Of a stretch of 64,000 nt of DNA, positions 29,810-40,153 are shown piece after piece. Where the stretch lies: contig OZ244651.1 of assembly GCA_965218695.1 (NCBI GenBank), positions 2,048,001-2,112,000 of the forward strand. The letters run 5' to 3'. The stretch is from Nitrosopumilus sp. (GTDB lineage: Archaea; Thermoproteota; Nitrososphaeria; Nitrososphaerales; Nitrosopumilaceae). The notes below the pieces were generated by a model, which saw only the letters and a program-made list of their open reading frames with translations, was not told the origin of the DNA and did no database searches. The position numbers and the translations under genes are program-made. Numbering within the stretch: the first letter of the stretch is position 1; each line of letters starts with the position of its first letter.

Positions 29810-30055
29810 GTGGCCCAACCGAATAGCTCAAAAAGACCCCTAACAACTCTTCAAAAAAGTACGAAAAAGAGGGTAACAGTAAGACTCAAGAATGAAGTCG
29901 AATACAAGGGGAAGATGGACAATGTTGATTCATATATGAATTTGATTATGACTGATGCAGAGGAACTTCACGACGGGAGAACCATTGCAAATTATGGCAG
30001 AGTGATTGTCAGAGGCAATAATGTCCTGTTTATCAAACTAGAAAATGAACTCTAG
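29810..30055 (+). CDS. Sm/Lsm-like protein
   Basis: VTVRLKN..DSYMNL..IVRGNNV. Confidence 0.93.
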   Translation: MAQPNSSKRPLTTLQKSTKKRVTVRLKNEVEYKGKMDNVDSYMNLIMTDAEELHDGRTIANYGRVIVRGNNVLFIKLENEL

Positions 30056-30067
30056 TTAGGCGATCTT

Positions 30068-31234
30068 ATGACCAACGGTTTTCTATTTACATCCGAATCC
30101 GTAACAGAGGGGCATCCAGACAAGCTGTGCGACAACATCTCTGATGCATTCTTGGACGAGTATCTCAAACAGGATAGGGACTCGCGGGTGGCAGTCGAGA
30201 CGATGGTGACTACTGATTTTGTGGCAGTCTCCGGCGAGGTAACATCCAAGGCTGACCTTGACAGGAAGGCACAGGAGGATCTGATACGAAAGACGATCAA
30301 GGAGATAGGATACGACAACAAGGATCTGATGTTTGATGCCGACACATGCCAGGTAAACCTGAGGTTGCACTCGCAAAGTCCGGATATTAGCCAGGGCGTG
30401 ACTGCCACTCAGGACAGGGAACAGGGCGCAGGTGATCAGGGATTGATGTTTGGTTATGCAACAGACGAGACTGAGGAGATGATGCCCATGCCTATTCTGC
30501 TTGCGCACAGGCTGACTCAGAGGCTCTCTGAGGTCAGAAGGAATGGAACCCTGCCATGGATCAGGCCAGACGGCAAGTCGCAGGTATCGGTACGATACGA
30601 GGATGACATGCCTGCCGAGATTGAGACGGTTGTGATTTCAACCCAGCACAGCCCGGAGATGTCCCATGATGTGATTACTTCTGAGATCACAGAGAAGGTA
30701 ATCCGGCCTGTTCTAGGCGCGCGCTGGCATGACGGAATTAAGATCCATATCAACCCTACCGGAAAGTTTGTAATCGGAGGACCCCACGGTGACGCCGGAC
30801 TGACCGGAAGAAAGATCATCGTTGATACGTATGGCGGATTCGGCAGGCACGGCGGTGGAGCCTTTTCCGGGAAGGATCCCTCCAAAGTGGACAGATCCGC
30901 CTGCTACATGTGCAGGTATATAGCAAAGAATCTTGTTGCTGCAGGACTGGCCAGTCGGTGCGAGGTGCAGCTTGCATATGCAATCGGGGTGGCAGAACCG
31001 GTATCCCTGTATGTAAACACGTTTGGAACGAACAAAATTCCTGAAAAACAGATTGAGAGTTTGGTCAGGGAGAACTTTGACATGAAGCCGTCGGGAATAA
31101 TCTCGGAGCTGGATCTGAAGAGGCCTATATATAAAAAGACGGCATCATACGGGCATTTTGGAAGAGACGAGCCGGAGTTCTCATGGGAGAGAACCAACAA
31201 AGCCGAAACCCTAAGAAGGTCTGCTGGACTGTAG
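30068..31234 (+). CDS. metK: S-adenosylmethionine synthetase (bacterial type)
   Basis: [25 protein letters not shown]. Confidence 0.97.
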   Translation: MTNGFLFTSESVTEGHPDKLCDNISDAFLDEYLKQDRDSRVAVETMVTTDFVAVSGEVTSKADLDRKAQEDLIRKTIKEIGYDNKDLMFDADTCQVNLRLHSQSPDISQGVTATQDREQGAGDQGLMFGYATDETEEMMPMPILLAHRLTQRLSEVRRNGTLPWIRPDGKSQVSVRYEDDMPAEIETVVISTQHSPEMSHDVITSEITEKVIRPVLGARWHDGIKIHINPTGKFVIGGPHGDAGLTGRKIIVDTYGGFGRHGGGAFSGKDPSKVDRSACYMCRYIAKNLVAAGLASRCEVQLAYAIGVAEPVSLYVNTFGTNKIPEKQIESLVRENFDMKPSGIISELDLKRPIYKKTASYGHFGRDEPEFSWERTNKAETLRRSAGL

Positions 31235-32068
31235 AGCCCCAGTCACCGATCGGAACCTCATCTTGGATATCCTTTGCAGTCTAGAATGGTTCCCACGGAA
31301 GCCGCCTGCCAGTATGCCCAGATCGTCAACCCCAAAATACGTTCTCGGGTTAACTATTGCGGTGTGGTATGCCTCCTCCATACTTGTCCTCTTGATCCTC
31401 GTATGGATTCCTGCAAGGAATCTGGCATACTGCTCAAGGGTAACTGATTCGGAGCCTACGAGATCAAGTATCCTGTTTCTGAATCCAGGATATGTGACGG
31501 ATCGAAGTATCACCTCTGAGACATCATCTATGTGAACCGGCTGTATGACACATCTGTCCGATCCGGGAATCTCAATTGTTCCATTTCCCATCTGCCTTCT
31601 GAAATGTCTTGTAAGGGAATCTCCTCTTCCCACTATGTACGATGGCCGGAAGATGGTATGGTCCAGTCCTGACCCTGCAACAATCCTTTCGGCCTTGAAT
31701 TTTGAGATAAAGTATGCCAGAGGCGTGCCTGCAGAGGCGCCCAAACCGCTGACGTAAATGATCTTTTTAATTCGAGCACTCCTGCACAGATCCACGGCAT
31801 TTTGCGCTGACTCGACGTTTACTGCATCATAACCTGTCCTGACAGACTGCCTGCCGATCCCTACAAGATGAACCAGTGCATCTGCATCGGCAGCCTCTGA
31901 GATTACACGTCTTTTGGCATAGTCTCCTGACACAACCCCGGTCTCGCCATGGAATGTCTTGATGCTGTCCCTTGATATTGAGACCAGCCGGTTGTCTCCT
32001 GCAAGATACCTTCTGAGATTCCGCGCAACATAGCCGCTTGCCCCGGTAACCACCAGCTTCAGACCCAT
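31211..32068 (-). CDS. NAD-dependent epimerase/dehydratase (SDR)
   Basis: [21 protein letters not shown]. Confidence 0.85.
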   Translation of the reverse strand: MGLKLVVTGASGYVARNLRRYLAGDNRLVSISRDSIKTFHGETGVVSGDYAKRRVISEAADADALVHLVGIGRQSVRTGYDAVNVESAQNAVDLCRSARIKKIIYVSGLGASAGTPLAYFISKFKAERIVAGSGLDHTIFRPSYIVGRGDSLTRHFRRQMGNGTIEIPGSDRCVIQPVHIDDVSEVILRSVTYPGFRNRILDLVGSESVTLEQYARFLAGIHTRIKRTSMEEAYHTAIVNPRTYFGVDDLGILAGGFRGNHSRLQRISKMRFRSVTGALQSSRPS

Positions 32069-32130
32069 GGAGATACCGAGTCTCTTCTGACTTTAAGTCT
32101 ATTTGGGGTAAAACCGTTCCCGGTGCCTGC

Positions 32131-32730
32131 TCATTCCGGCTTGGTAGCTGACACTATTGTTACCGGATTCCGTGCAAGCATCATGGTGCCAGTGCTGGTC
32201 CTTCTACTCTTGGAGATTGTAACCTGTGTGATATCGACAGAATCAAACTCCAGCGCATCAAGCACCTGCAGTACGGCATAAAGCGTCTCGATCAGTATGG
32301 TCCCGATGACGATTCTTCCCCCGCCCTTGAGCCTCCTGTGGCACAGCTCCACGATAGCAACAGTATCTCCGCCGGTTCCGCCTATGAATACTACATCTGC
32401 AGTATCCATGCCCGGAATCCTCTCCTTGGCATCCCCGTGAATCTGCAGGACGTTTGAGAGTCCGAACCTGCTGACATTCCTTCCTGTCAGTTCTATTGCG
32501 TTGATGTCGCGATCCACTGCAAGCACCCTGCCTGACTCCCCTATCTGGATTGCAGCCTCGACTGAGATTGAACCGCTTCCGCAACCTATGTCATAGACTG
32601 TCTGTCCGGGACGGAGTCTGGCCTTACTGATCTGGATTACCCTTACCTCCTCCTTTGTTATCGGAACCTTCTCGGTGCGCTCAAACATCCCGTCTGGAAT
32701 CCCGGGAGTCCTAAAGTCCCACATGATCAC
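32131..32730 (-). CDS. cbiT: Precorrin-6B C15-methyltransferase
   Basis: PITKEEVR, DIGCGSGS, FIGG, ARNPV. Confidence 0.92.
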   Translation of the reverse strand: MIMWDFRTPGIPDGMFERTEKVPITKEEVRVIQISKARLRPGQTVYDIGCGSGSISVEAAIQIGESGRVLAVDRDINAIELTGRNVSRFGLSNVLQIHGDAKERIPGMDTADVVFIGGTGGDTVAIVELCHRRLKGGGRIVIGTILIETLYAVLQVLDALEFDSVDITQVTISKSRRTSTGTMMLARNPVTIVSATKPE

Positions 32731-32738
32731 TCTTCAGA

Positions 32739-33230
32739 CTAGACGTTGATCCCACTGGAAACGCTTCCCGCATTGACTAATGTATGGGTGACTATCCATG
32801 TAAACAGATACAAAAAGACATAGCTTCCGATTGCCTGTGTGACTACCTTCTTCCTGTCAGACGAGGCCAGCTGCATCTTCATGTTCTTTGCAACCACTAT
32901 CGTTGCAAGAAATATGATGATCATGAATCCGATTGAGGCCCACCTCTTGTCCTCACCTTCTATATCCTCAAAGATGAATGTCGCAACAACCCCTGCAATT
33001 ACGGCAAGGCTTACCCGCAACCAGTAGAGAAGGTTGAGTTTTCTGGCGTTCTCGCTTCTCCCGATCCTTTCTATTCCGGGGTCACCTGAAGGTGCCGACG
33101 GCAGGGAGGTCCCGGAATCCTCTGCATTCGGGGGGGCATCCCCAGGCCTCTCCTTGGACGCATCGGATGGCACCTTCTTACTGCCGGGATCAGACGTTGG
33201 TTGGGATCTCTTTTTTTTGAATCGTGCCAA
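32739..33230 (-). CDS. Hypothetical membrane protein
   Basis: Low-complexity N-terminus, three TM segments. Confidence 0.75.
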   Translation of the reverse strand: MARFKKKRSQPTSDPGSKKVPSDASKERPGDAPPNAEDSGTSLPSAPSGDPGIERIGRSENARKLNLLYWLRVSLAVIAGVVATFIFEDIEGEDKRWASIGFMIIIFLATIVVAKNMKMQLASSDRKKVVTQAIGSYVFLYLFTWIVTHTLVNAGSVSSGINV

Positions 33231-33478
33231 GTAAATTTCTAGCGTGTCTTCATCAAACCTTGTTTAAAATCTTTGGTAATTTTTAGTCACAATGTGGAAT
33301 ACGAAAAGTAGTTCCTCCCTTACTCCACATGATACTCCTCCCCTGTCTGCTCGTCTATTACTATAGTACCCGTCATAAATATCCGGAATGGTGACGGGGA
33401 TTTTGGCACGTCACGCGTCCGGCATCGCACTACCGGGACAGCAGAAACGTTTAGATCATTCCACTCCCAGACCATGCC

Positions 33479-33766
33479 GTGACCGGAGAAAAACACCCGG
33501 ACGACAAGGTGCCCAAGGGGGACAAATTCATGGAGGGCATATCTGCCAATGACATCCGGGCAGTACACGGGATGGACAGGTATGCCTGGAGCAGTTTTCC
33601 GCTACTCATTTGCCTACGGCGCAAGGAAGGTGACGGGTGCTCGGAGATTGCAGACATGTTTTACATGTCACCCGATACAGTCGAGGACTGGCTGTGCCGG
33701 ATGCACCACGGCGGGCTAGATGCGCGGCACGAGTGTCGTGATCCATACTCGAAGGATCGGGCCTGA
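33479..33766 (+). CDS. HTH-only paralogue of IS630 transposase N-terminus
   Basis: VPKGDKFMEG..LLICLRRKEG..IA..TVEDWLCRMHHGGLDA aligns with IPKGDAFMAG..LLACMWRREG..IA..TIYDRLHRMHLGGLDA. Confidence 0.7.
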   Translation: MTGEKHPDDKVPKGDKFMEGISANDIRAVHGMDRYAWSSFPLLICLRRKEGDGCSEIADMFYMSPDTVEDWLCRMHHGGLDARHECRDPYSKDRA

Positions 33767-33800
33767 CTCCCACAGGTACGCGCACCTCGCCCCCAAGTCG

Positions 33801-34901
33801 TCAGGCAGCAGCAGTCGCCTTGGCGCGCCTGATTGCATCTGTCGCGTATTCTGGCAGTTGGGGCAGACTTACCGTGCCTGACTGAATCATCTCGTCCATG
33901 GCTCCCGTCATGTCCTCCACACGCCGGTACAGGCCGTTGGCGACGTACCTCTTGAGTTCTTTCCAGACCATCTCGACTGGGTTGAGATCCGGCGAATATG
34001 TCGGCTGGTAGGCAATCCTGACGTCCCCATCGTACTTTTTCAACTCTGCCATCAGCTTTTTGGATTTGTGGATGGATGCATTGTCCATCACCAAGAGTAC
34101 CTTCCCGTAGGCATCGTGCAGGCCATTGACAAAATCAATCATCGAATCGGTGTTGCCGCAGTCATAGTACCTGTGGTGTAGCAGACCGTCCAATCCCAGT
34201 GCCCCAAAGCACGTGTAGCTCCTGCCAAACGGCTTGATCACCTGCGGTATTGACAGGCCACGCGCAAGCCAGGTCATGCCGCGGATCGTTTTTGTGGTAA
34301 AATGGGACTCGTCCATCCAGAAGAGGCGGTGTCCATCCACGGTATTGCTAAAAATCTCCTTTGCCAGGCCGCGCTTAAATTCTGCCTTTACCTCGTCAGA
34401 AGGCGAGCGGCCGTGGCGCGGCCTTCCGGGTTTTCTGTATGTCTTGTTCAGCCTGTGCATCGTCCTGTATGCCGTACTGGGAGAGACGTTGTCAATGGAG
34501 AACAGACTGGAGATCATGATCAGAATCAGCCTTCCGGTCCAGACGTTGGATTTTATCCCACATCCGCCCGGCTGCCTGTCGATGGACTCGGATATCTTTG
34601 AATGGATTTCTGGCTGGATCTTTCTTGGCCTTCCGGGCTTGGTCTTGTCAGGACATGCATCAAGACCGCCCAAGTGCATGCGGTGCAGCCGGTCGTAAAT
34701 GGTACTGACCGGCACGTGCAGCTTGCCTGCGATCCATACCCCGTCTTCTCCCTCACGCCTCCACATGCAGGCAAGCAGTATGTTGACTGCTTTGCCGTTC
34801 TTCTCTTTTTTGAGGGCCTCTTGGATCTCCCTCATGGATGTGCCTGCCATGAACGCGTCTCCCTTGGGTATGTTTTCGTTTCGGCGTTTTGTACCAGCCA
34901 T
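33801..34901 (-). CDS. IS630-family transposase
   Basis: PGRP, FWMDES, VMDNASIH, YSPDLNPVEMVW. Confidence 0.95.
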   Translation of the reverse strand: MAGTKRRNENIPKGDAFMAGTSMREIQEALKKEKNGKAVNILLACMWRREGEDGVWIAGKLHVPVSTIYDRLHRMHLGGLDACPDKTKPGRPRKIQPEIHSKISESIDRQPGGCGIKSNVWTGRLILIMISSLFSIDNVSPSTAYRTMHRLNKTYRKPGRPRHGRSPSDEVKAEFKRGLAKEIFSNTVDGHRLFWMDESHFTTKTIRGMTWLARGLSIPQVIKPFGRSYTCFGALGLDGLLHHRYYDCGNTDSMIDFVNGLHDAYGKVLLVMDNASIHKSKKLMAELKKYDGDVRIAYQPTYSPDLNPVEMVWKELKRYVANGLYRRVEDMTGAMDEMIQSGTVSLPQLPEYATDAIRRAKATAAA

Positions 34902-36227
34902 GATTAAGCGCGGAGGTATCGCTGATCTTAAGGTTTTGATTATTCAGGCAGTACCGGAACCAAAACTGGGTTTACCGTTCCGGATCTTTATGATGGGCAC
35001 TATATCTCTCCTTTGGGTGGCATCTTGCGCACAAACGCCTGGGCTGGCGTCTCCTCCCCGTCTAGGCCAAGTGACATGTGCGGTCTGTCGTAATTGTACC
35101 ACTGCATGAAGAGGTCCACCGGGTCGCTCTTGCGCATCATTATCGCCTCAAATTCGGGCAGCTTCCGCTGGATCTCCTCGTGCAGCCTCTCCAGCTTGCC
35201 GTTGGTCTGCGGGTGCCTCACGCCTGCCAGAATCTGCTTGATGCCAAGCTCTGCCAGCCTCTTTTCGAACTCGGATGCACCCTTTTTCTTTGCCTCTGAT
35301 GCGGTGGCGTAGAACTGGGATCCGCGGTCAGTCATTATGGATGCAGGCTTGCCGTGGTTTCTTATCGCCTCGTCCAATACTGACAGGGCGTTTTCTGCCG
35401 TTGCGCGCTCAAACGTGCCGTACGCAGTCACGAACCGCGAGGCGTCGTCCTCGTAACACAGGAACCACCTGCCGTCGTCAAGCAGCTTGTAGTCGGTGTG
35501 CCACATCGAGTTGGAGTAGGTGCGCTCAAAGCGGATCCACTTGCGGCGCTTGCTCTTGTTGGGCTGTCTGGCAGCCAGATCCTCGTCACGCAATACCATG
35601 TGTATGCGGTTGTATGGAATATTTATTCCGGTGACGTCCCTTATGCGCCCGTGCAGGCGTACGGCCCCGACGTGGTCATTGCCCTTGGCGCACAGTACCG
35701 CAGAGTGTTCCTTCCGGCCGGGAAGGCCGCATGCGGGCCTGCCCATGTGCATCGGATATGCCACGCTGCTGCGTTCCTGTCCCTTGTACCTGGAATACGG
35801 CTTCCTTATCCACCGCGGCGACACACCCATGGTCTTGGAGATGCATGAATTGGTGGATCCCTTGTCCTTCTCCGAAAGTATCCACCTTACCTTCGATTCG
35901 TCCAGCTTTTTCATGATGCGTACTCTCCGGGTTCCCATATGCCGCCACCGATTGGAGTACATCGTTCTTGCCCACACACCCTTGCTTCCACTCAACACCA
36001 GGCTGATCTTGCTTCCAAACACGCCGGCTCCATTGGCTAGGGGAGGAACTACTTTTTGTACAACGTAAATTTTTAGTCACAAACCATATCATATATCCCA
36101 CACGGCATGATCCGGGTGTCGCATAGGTGGTCAATGTCTTTCGTGCAACGGCCCTGCAATGCCGTCTGAATGTGTTTCAGACATGAATACCTGTACCGTT
36201 TAAATCATTAGACATACTTTCCAGAGC

Positions 36228-36446
36228 GTGCCTGGCATACCTGACAGAAGACTGCTCAAAAAGGGCTCACTTGTTGCAATAGAGACAAAGAGGAATCAGA
36301 AGACAGGAAATCTGACGTATGGTGTAATAGAATCCATTCTGACTTCAAGCAGATTCCACCCGCACGGGATAAAAGTCAGACTGCAGAACGGGCAGGTCGG
36401 ACGCGTCAAACAGATGATTGGTTCCATGCCTGGGGCTCCGGACTGA
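36228..36446 (+). CDS. YwbE family protein
   Basis: K.NQKTG.LT.G....ILTSS..HPHGIKVRLQNGQVGRV. Confidence 0.88.
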   Translation: MPGIPDRRLLKKGSLVAIETKRNQKTGNLTYGVIESILTSSRFHPHGIKVRLQNGQVGRVKQMIGSMPGAPD

Positions 36447-36618
36447 TCAGGTTCCATGGGTGTAATCTGATGGCAGGCCTCTGAACCTCCATTACTGCAT
36501 CTCCAACGTCCTTTGTTACCCGCACGGCCATAATGCATGCCACACCAAGAAATGTTCACCTTTCCAGCTTCGCCGTGACAGAAACCCTAAATTTTCTGCA
36601 CGTGTTCTGATAGTTGGA

Positions 36619-37269
36619 TTGATTCCCACCGGCCTCCAAAAGATTGACAGGTTTCTGTCCGGTGGAATCCCAGACGGCGTAATTACCGACGTCTTTGGGG
36701 AGAACGGGACAGGCAAGACGCAGCTTCTGCTCCAGCTTGCAGCCGGCTCGATCATGGGCGGGGGGCGCGTTCTATACCTGGATACAACAGGAGGATTCAG
36801 ACCCGAGCGTATCTTAAACATCCGGAATATTCGGGACTCGGTTCCGGATGTTCTTGACAGGATTACCGTGTCCCGCATAATCAACACATCCGAGCAGGTA
36901 AGGGCGGTCCAAAACCTAAGGGGCGACACATTCTCACTGATCGTAATTGACAACATTACTGATCTCTTCTCCTACGAGTACAAGGAGAAGGTACATGAGA
37001 AGAACGTCCTGTTCATGAGGCACATGCATGAACTGTCCCGGTTTTCCACAGAATCCAGAATTCCGGTGGTTGTTACAAACATGATCAGAATGTTTCAAGA
37101 TCGAGAGGTTGAAAACATGAAGGCCGCCATTGATCCATTCACGCACATCAAGATTCATCTGAGCAGAGCCCAATCGGGTTTCCGGGGAAGGATCTGGTGG
37201 GCCATGGCAGGCATGGACTTCTCCTACATGATTCATGCGTCAGGCATATCCGAGGACTGTTCTGTATGA
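36619..37269 (+). CDS. RecA/RadB-like recombinase paralogue
   Basis: IPTG..IDRFL.GG, GENGTGKT, YLDT, FRPER, LIVIDN. Confidence 0.88.
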   Translation: MIPTGLQKIDRFLSGGIPDGVITDVFGENGTGKTQLLLQLAAGSIMGGGRVLYLDTTGGFRPERILNIRNIRDSVPDVLDRITVSRIINTSEQVRAVQNLRGDTFSLIVIDNITDLFSYEYKEKVHEKNVLFMRHMHELSRFSTESRIPVVVTNMIRMFQDREVENMKAAIDPFTHIKIHLSRAQSGFRGRIWWAMAGMDFSYMIHASGISEDCSV

Positions 37270-37411
37270 CATGGCAAAACCAAACGATTGTCCAAAAGCC
37301 ATTCTCGCTAGATATTTAACAGTTGGAGTCATAGTCTATGAATGGCAGGAATATTTGACTCAATCCCAATAATCACTGTAGCCATGTTTATCATCGGCTT
37401 GGTTGGCGTAG

Positions 37412-40153
37412 TTGCTTATGAAAGAACACGATCAAACACGGCAGACAAACAAGACTCTTAGATCCCTGTTTGAAAAATTTGGTTTTTCCAGCCTGACTGA
37501 GATTCAGAAAAAGGCATCCCCGACAGTCCTGCAGAAGCGAGACTGTCTGATCATTGCCCCGACAGGCTCGGGCAAGACCGAGTGCTCTGCAATCCCGATC
37601 TTCTCCCTTCTAAAGAGCTGCCGGGCAGACGGGCGAATCAAGGCACTCTACATAACCCCGCTTCGCGCGCTGAATCGCGACGTATTCCGAAGAATCACAA
37701 GATATGCCAATGAATCAGGCCTGTCCATAGCGATCAGGCACGGCGACACCTCCCAGAGGGACAGGAAGCGAATCACCGAGAACCCGCCTGACATCCTCAT
37801 CACAACACCTGAGACACTAGTTATTCTTCTGACACAGCCAAAGGTGCTTGACGCACTATCCGAACTGGAATGGGTCATAGTCGACGAGGTTCATGAACTG
37901 CTTGCAAGCGAGAGAGGTGCCCAACTCTCGCTGAGTATGGAGCGGCTGGAATTCAACTCCCGGCACTCCCTTACGAGGGTGGGACTGTCTGCCACAGTGG
38001 GTAACCCCATGCATGCTGCAAAGTTTCTGGTGGGCACCAAGCGAAAGTGCCGGGTAGTAAGGGACACATCGGTAAGGCGGTACGATGTGGAGATAAAATA
38101 TGTGGAAGGCACCATCACTGACGTCTCAGAGGAGATCATACGGTACATCCAGAAGATGGAACTTGACTCGCCGATACTCCTCTTTACCAACACACGGGGC
38201 GAGGCGGAGTTTCTGGCCTCAATTCTCAAGGAGAAATCCTCGCTGAGGATAGATCTGCACCACGGTTCCCTGTCCCGGGAGGTTCGGGAGGATACTGAAG
38301 AGTCCCTTCGCCAGGGAGGGCACCACATCGTGGTGTGTACCTCGTCACTGGAACTGGGACTGGACATAGGCTCAGTCGAACTGGTAGTCCATTACGGTTC
38401 CCCAAGACAGGTATCAAAGTTTGTCCAAAGGATAGGACGCAGCAGACACAACAGGGCAGAGTCGGCTCAGGGCCTGATAATTACAAACAATCCCGACGAC
38501 GAGTTTGAGGCAAGGGCCATACTTGAGCGCATACAGGAGGGTTCAATCGAGGAACAGAAGATTCACTCAGACTCCCTTGACGTCCTGGCACACCATCTAG
38601 TCGGGCTTGCCATGCAGCTTGGTGAGGTCACCGTGGAACAAGCATACATGCTGGTTACAAAGGCCTACCCGTTCCGGAACCTGCATCTGAGTGATCTGGG
38701 AGGCGTGCTTGATCTGCTTGACTCCAACTTCATCCTTCTCTTTGACCGGAACCGCATGTCCTTTAGGAAGAAGGGTGGCTCCTTCCGGTACTACTTTGAG
38801 AACCTCTCGACCATCCCGGACATCCTAAAGTTCAAGGTCTTTGACAGCGTGGGCAAGAGAATCATAGGCTCGCTGGACCAGAGGTTTGTAGGCGACTTTG
38901 GAGACACGGGCAACATCTTTGTGCTCAAGGGGTCGCAGTGGAAGATACTCAACGTGGATGAAAAGTCGTTTTCTGTTAACGTCGAACCGTTTCGGGGCGG
39001 CGGGATCACCGTCCCATACTGGGAGGGCGAGAACATTCCAATAGATTACAGGACGGCAGAAAAGGTGGCAGGATTCCGCACCCGGGTCAGGCATGGTTCT
39101 GCCAAGCTCTCAAGCAGGGTGATCCGGGATCTGGACTTTGAGATGCCTGAAGGCAACCACCTTACAGTAGAATCAAACAGGATCCAGGGATCCATAGTGA
39201 TTCACTCCTGCCTTGGAACAAGAATCAACTCGACCCTGTCTACACTCCTCTCCTCCATGCTCTCTGCAGTGCTGGGCTCCACAGTCGACTCCCGTTCAGA
39301 CGGCTACAGGATAGCCCTGTCGTCCCGATCCAGAATATCCCGGGATGTGTTCCTTGGCGTTCTGAATGACGACTATGACCTTTACTCCGTGGTGGGGGCG
39401 TCTTTGACTGGAACACACAACGTCAACTGGAGGACATGGTGCGTTGCCAAAAAATTTGGAATAGTGGGACGCGGAGCCATCTATGAGCGCAAGTCTGCCA
39501 GATTCCTCTACGAGCGGTACTCCAAGACCGTGCTTGTCGACGAGGCGCTCCGCGAACTGTTCCATGACAAGTACGACTTGGATGGAACAGAAGAGATCCT
39601 CAAGGGGATCCGCCGGGGGGAGATGCAGGTGGAGTGGCTTGAAGTCGACAAATTCTCCAAGCTGGCAGAGCCCATTCTGGACCACACCTCAAAGTACTAT
39701 GCCTCGCCTGCGAGCCTTGACAAGGGAATAATTGATCTTGTCAAGGCAAGGCTGGACAAGACAAGGCACCGGCTGCTCTGTGCGCGATGCGGAAGATGGG
39801 AGAAGGTCGTCGAGACCCGTCAGGTGAACGGCCCCTTGGCATGCCCATACTGCAAGTGCAGGCAGATCACCACCACATTCTACTCTGACTATGACCTGCA
39901 AAAGATCATCCAAAAGAAACACGAGGGAAAAAAACTGTCTGCGCAAGAGCAGCACAAGTTTGAGCGCGCCTGGAAGGTCTCCTCGCTGGTGGAGAACTTT
40001 GGCAAGACTGCAATCGTTGTAATGTCCGGGTACGGGGTGGGTGCAGACACTGCGGCTAGGATTCTGAGGAACATGGTGGATGAGGAACACCTCTTCAAAC
40101 AGATCTACGAGGCAGAAAGACAGTATGTCGTGACCCGGGGATTCTGGGACTAG
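37412..40153 (+). CDS. lhr: Lhr-like DEAD/DEAH helicase
   Basis: APTGSGKT, TPLRAL, DEVH, SAT, HHGSL, LELGLD, QRIGR, C-terminal zinc finger. Confidence 0.92.
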   Translation: MLMKEHDQTRQTNKTLRSLFEKFGFSSLTEIQKKASPTVLQKRDCLIIAPTGSGKTECSAIPIFSLLKSCRADGRIKALYITPLRALNRDVFRRITRYANESGLSIAIRHGDTSQRDRKRITENPPDILITTPETLVILLTQPKVLDALSELEWVIVDEVHELLASERGAQLSLSMERLEFNSRHSLTRVGLSATVGNPMHAAKFLVGTKRKCRVVRDTSVRRYDVEIKYVEGTITDVSEEIIRYIQKMELDSPILLFTNTRGEAEFLASILKEKSSLRIDLHHGSLSREVREDTEESLRQGGHHIVVCTSSLELGLDIGSVELVVHYGSPRQVSKFVQRIGRSRHNRAESAQGLIITNNPDDEFEARAILERIQEGSIEEQKIHSDSLDVLAHHLVGLAMQLGEVTVEQAYMLVTKAYPFRNLHLSDLGGVLDLLDSNFILLFDRNRMSFRKKGGSFRYYFENLSTIPDILKFKVFDSVGKRIIGSLDQRFVGDFGDTGNIFVLKGSQWKILNVDEKSFSVNVEPFRGGGITVPYWEGENIPIDYRTAEKVAGFRTRVRHGSAKLSSRVIRDLDFEMPEGNHLTVESNRIQGSIVIHSCLGTRINSTLSTLLSSMLSAVLGSTVDSRSDGYRIALSSRSRISRDVFLGVLNDDYDLYSVVGASLTGTHNVNWRTWCVAKKFGIVGRGAIYERKSARFLYERYSKTVLVDEALRELFHDKYDLDGTEEILKGIRRGEMQVEWLEVDKFSKLAEPILDHTSKYYASPASLDKGIIDLVKARLDKTRHRLLCARCGRWEKVVETRQVNGPLACPYCKCRQITTTFYSDYDLQKIIQKKHEGKKLSAQEQHKFERAWKVSSLVENFGKTAIVVMSGYGVGADTAARILRNMVDEEHLFKQIYEAERQYVVTRGFWD

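Larger units (their letters stand above)
33364..35002 (-). mobile_element. IS630-family element
   Basis: About 29-bp imperfect TIR TAGTACCCGTCATAAATATCCGGAATGGT; TA duplication (33362-33363, 35003-35004). Confidence 0.9.
33320..36022 (-). pseudogene. IS481 transposase; last about 13 codons split off by IS630
   Basis: WHTDY, EDDASR, TDRGSQF, PQTNGKLER; removing IS630 restores ..PPKGEIVIDEQTGEEYHVE*, matching the C-terminus of 55163-56323. Confidence 0.9.
33293..36067 (-). mobile_element. IS481-family element interrupted by IS630
   Basis: TIR core AAAAGTAGTTCCTCCC at both ends; 15-bp direct repeat AATTTTTAGTCACAA (33278-33292, 36068-36082). Confidence 0.88.

Noticed and set aside
30068-31234. 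Bacterial-type MetK as a novel transfer
   Set aside because: Already known in Nitrosopumilus-type archaea.
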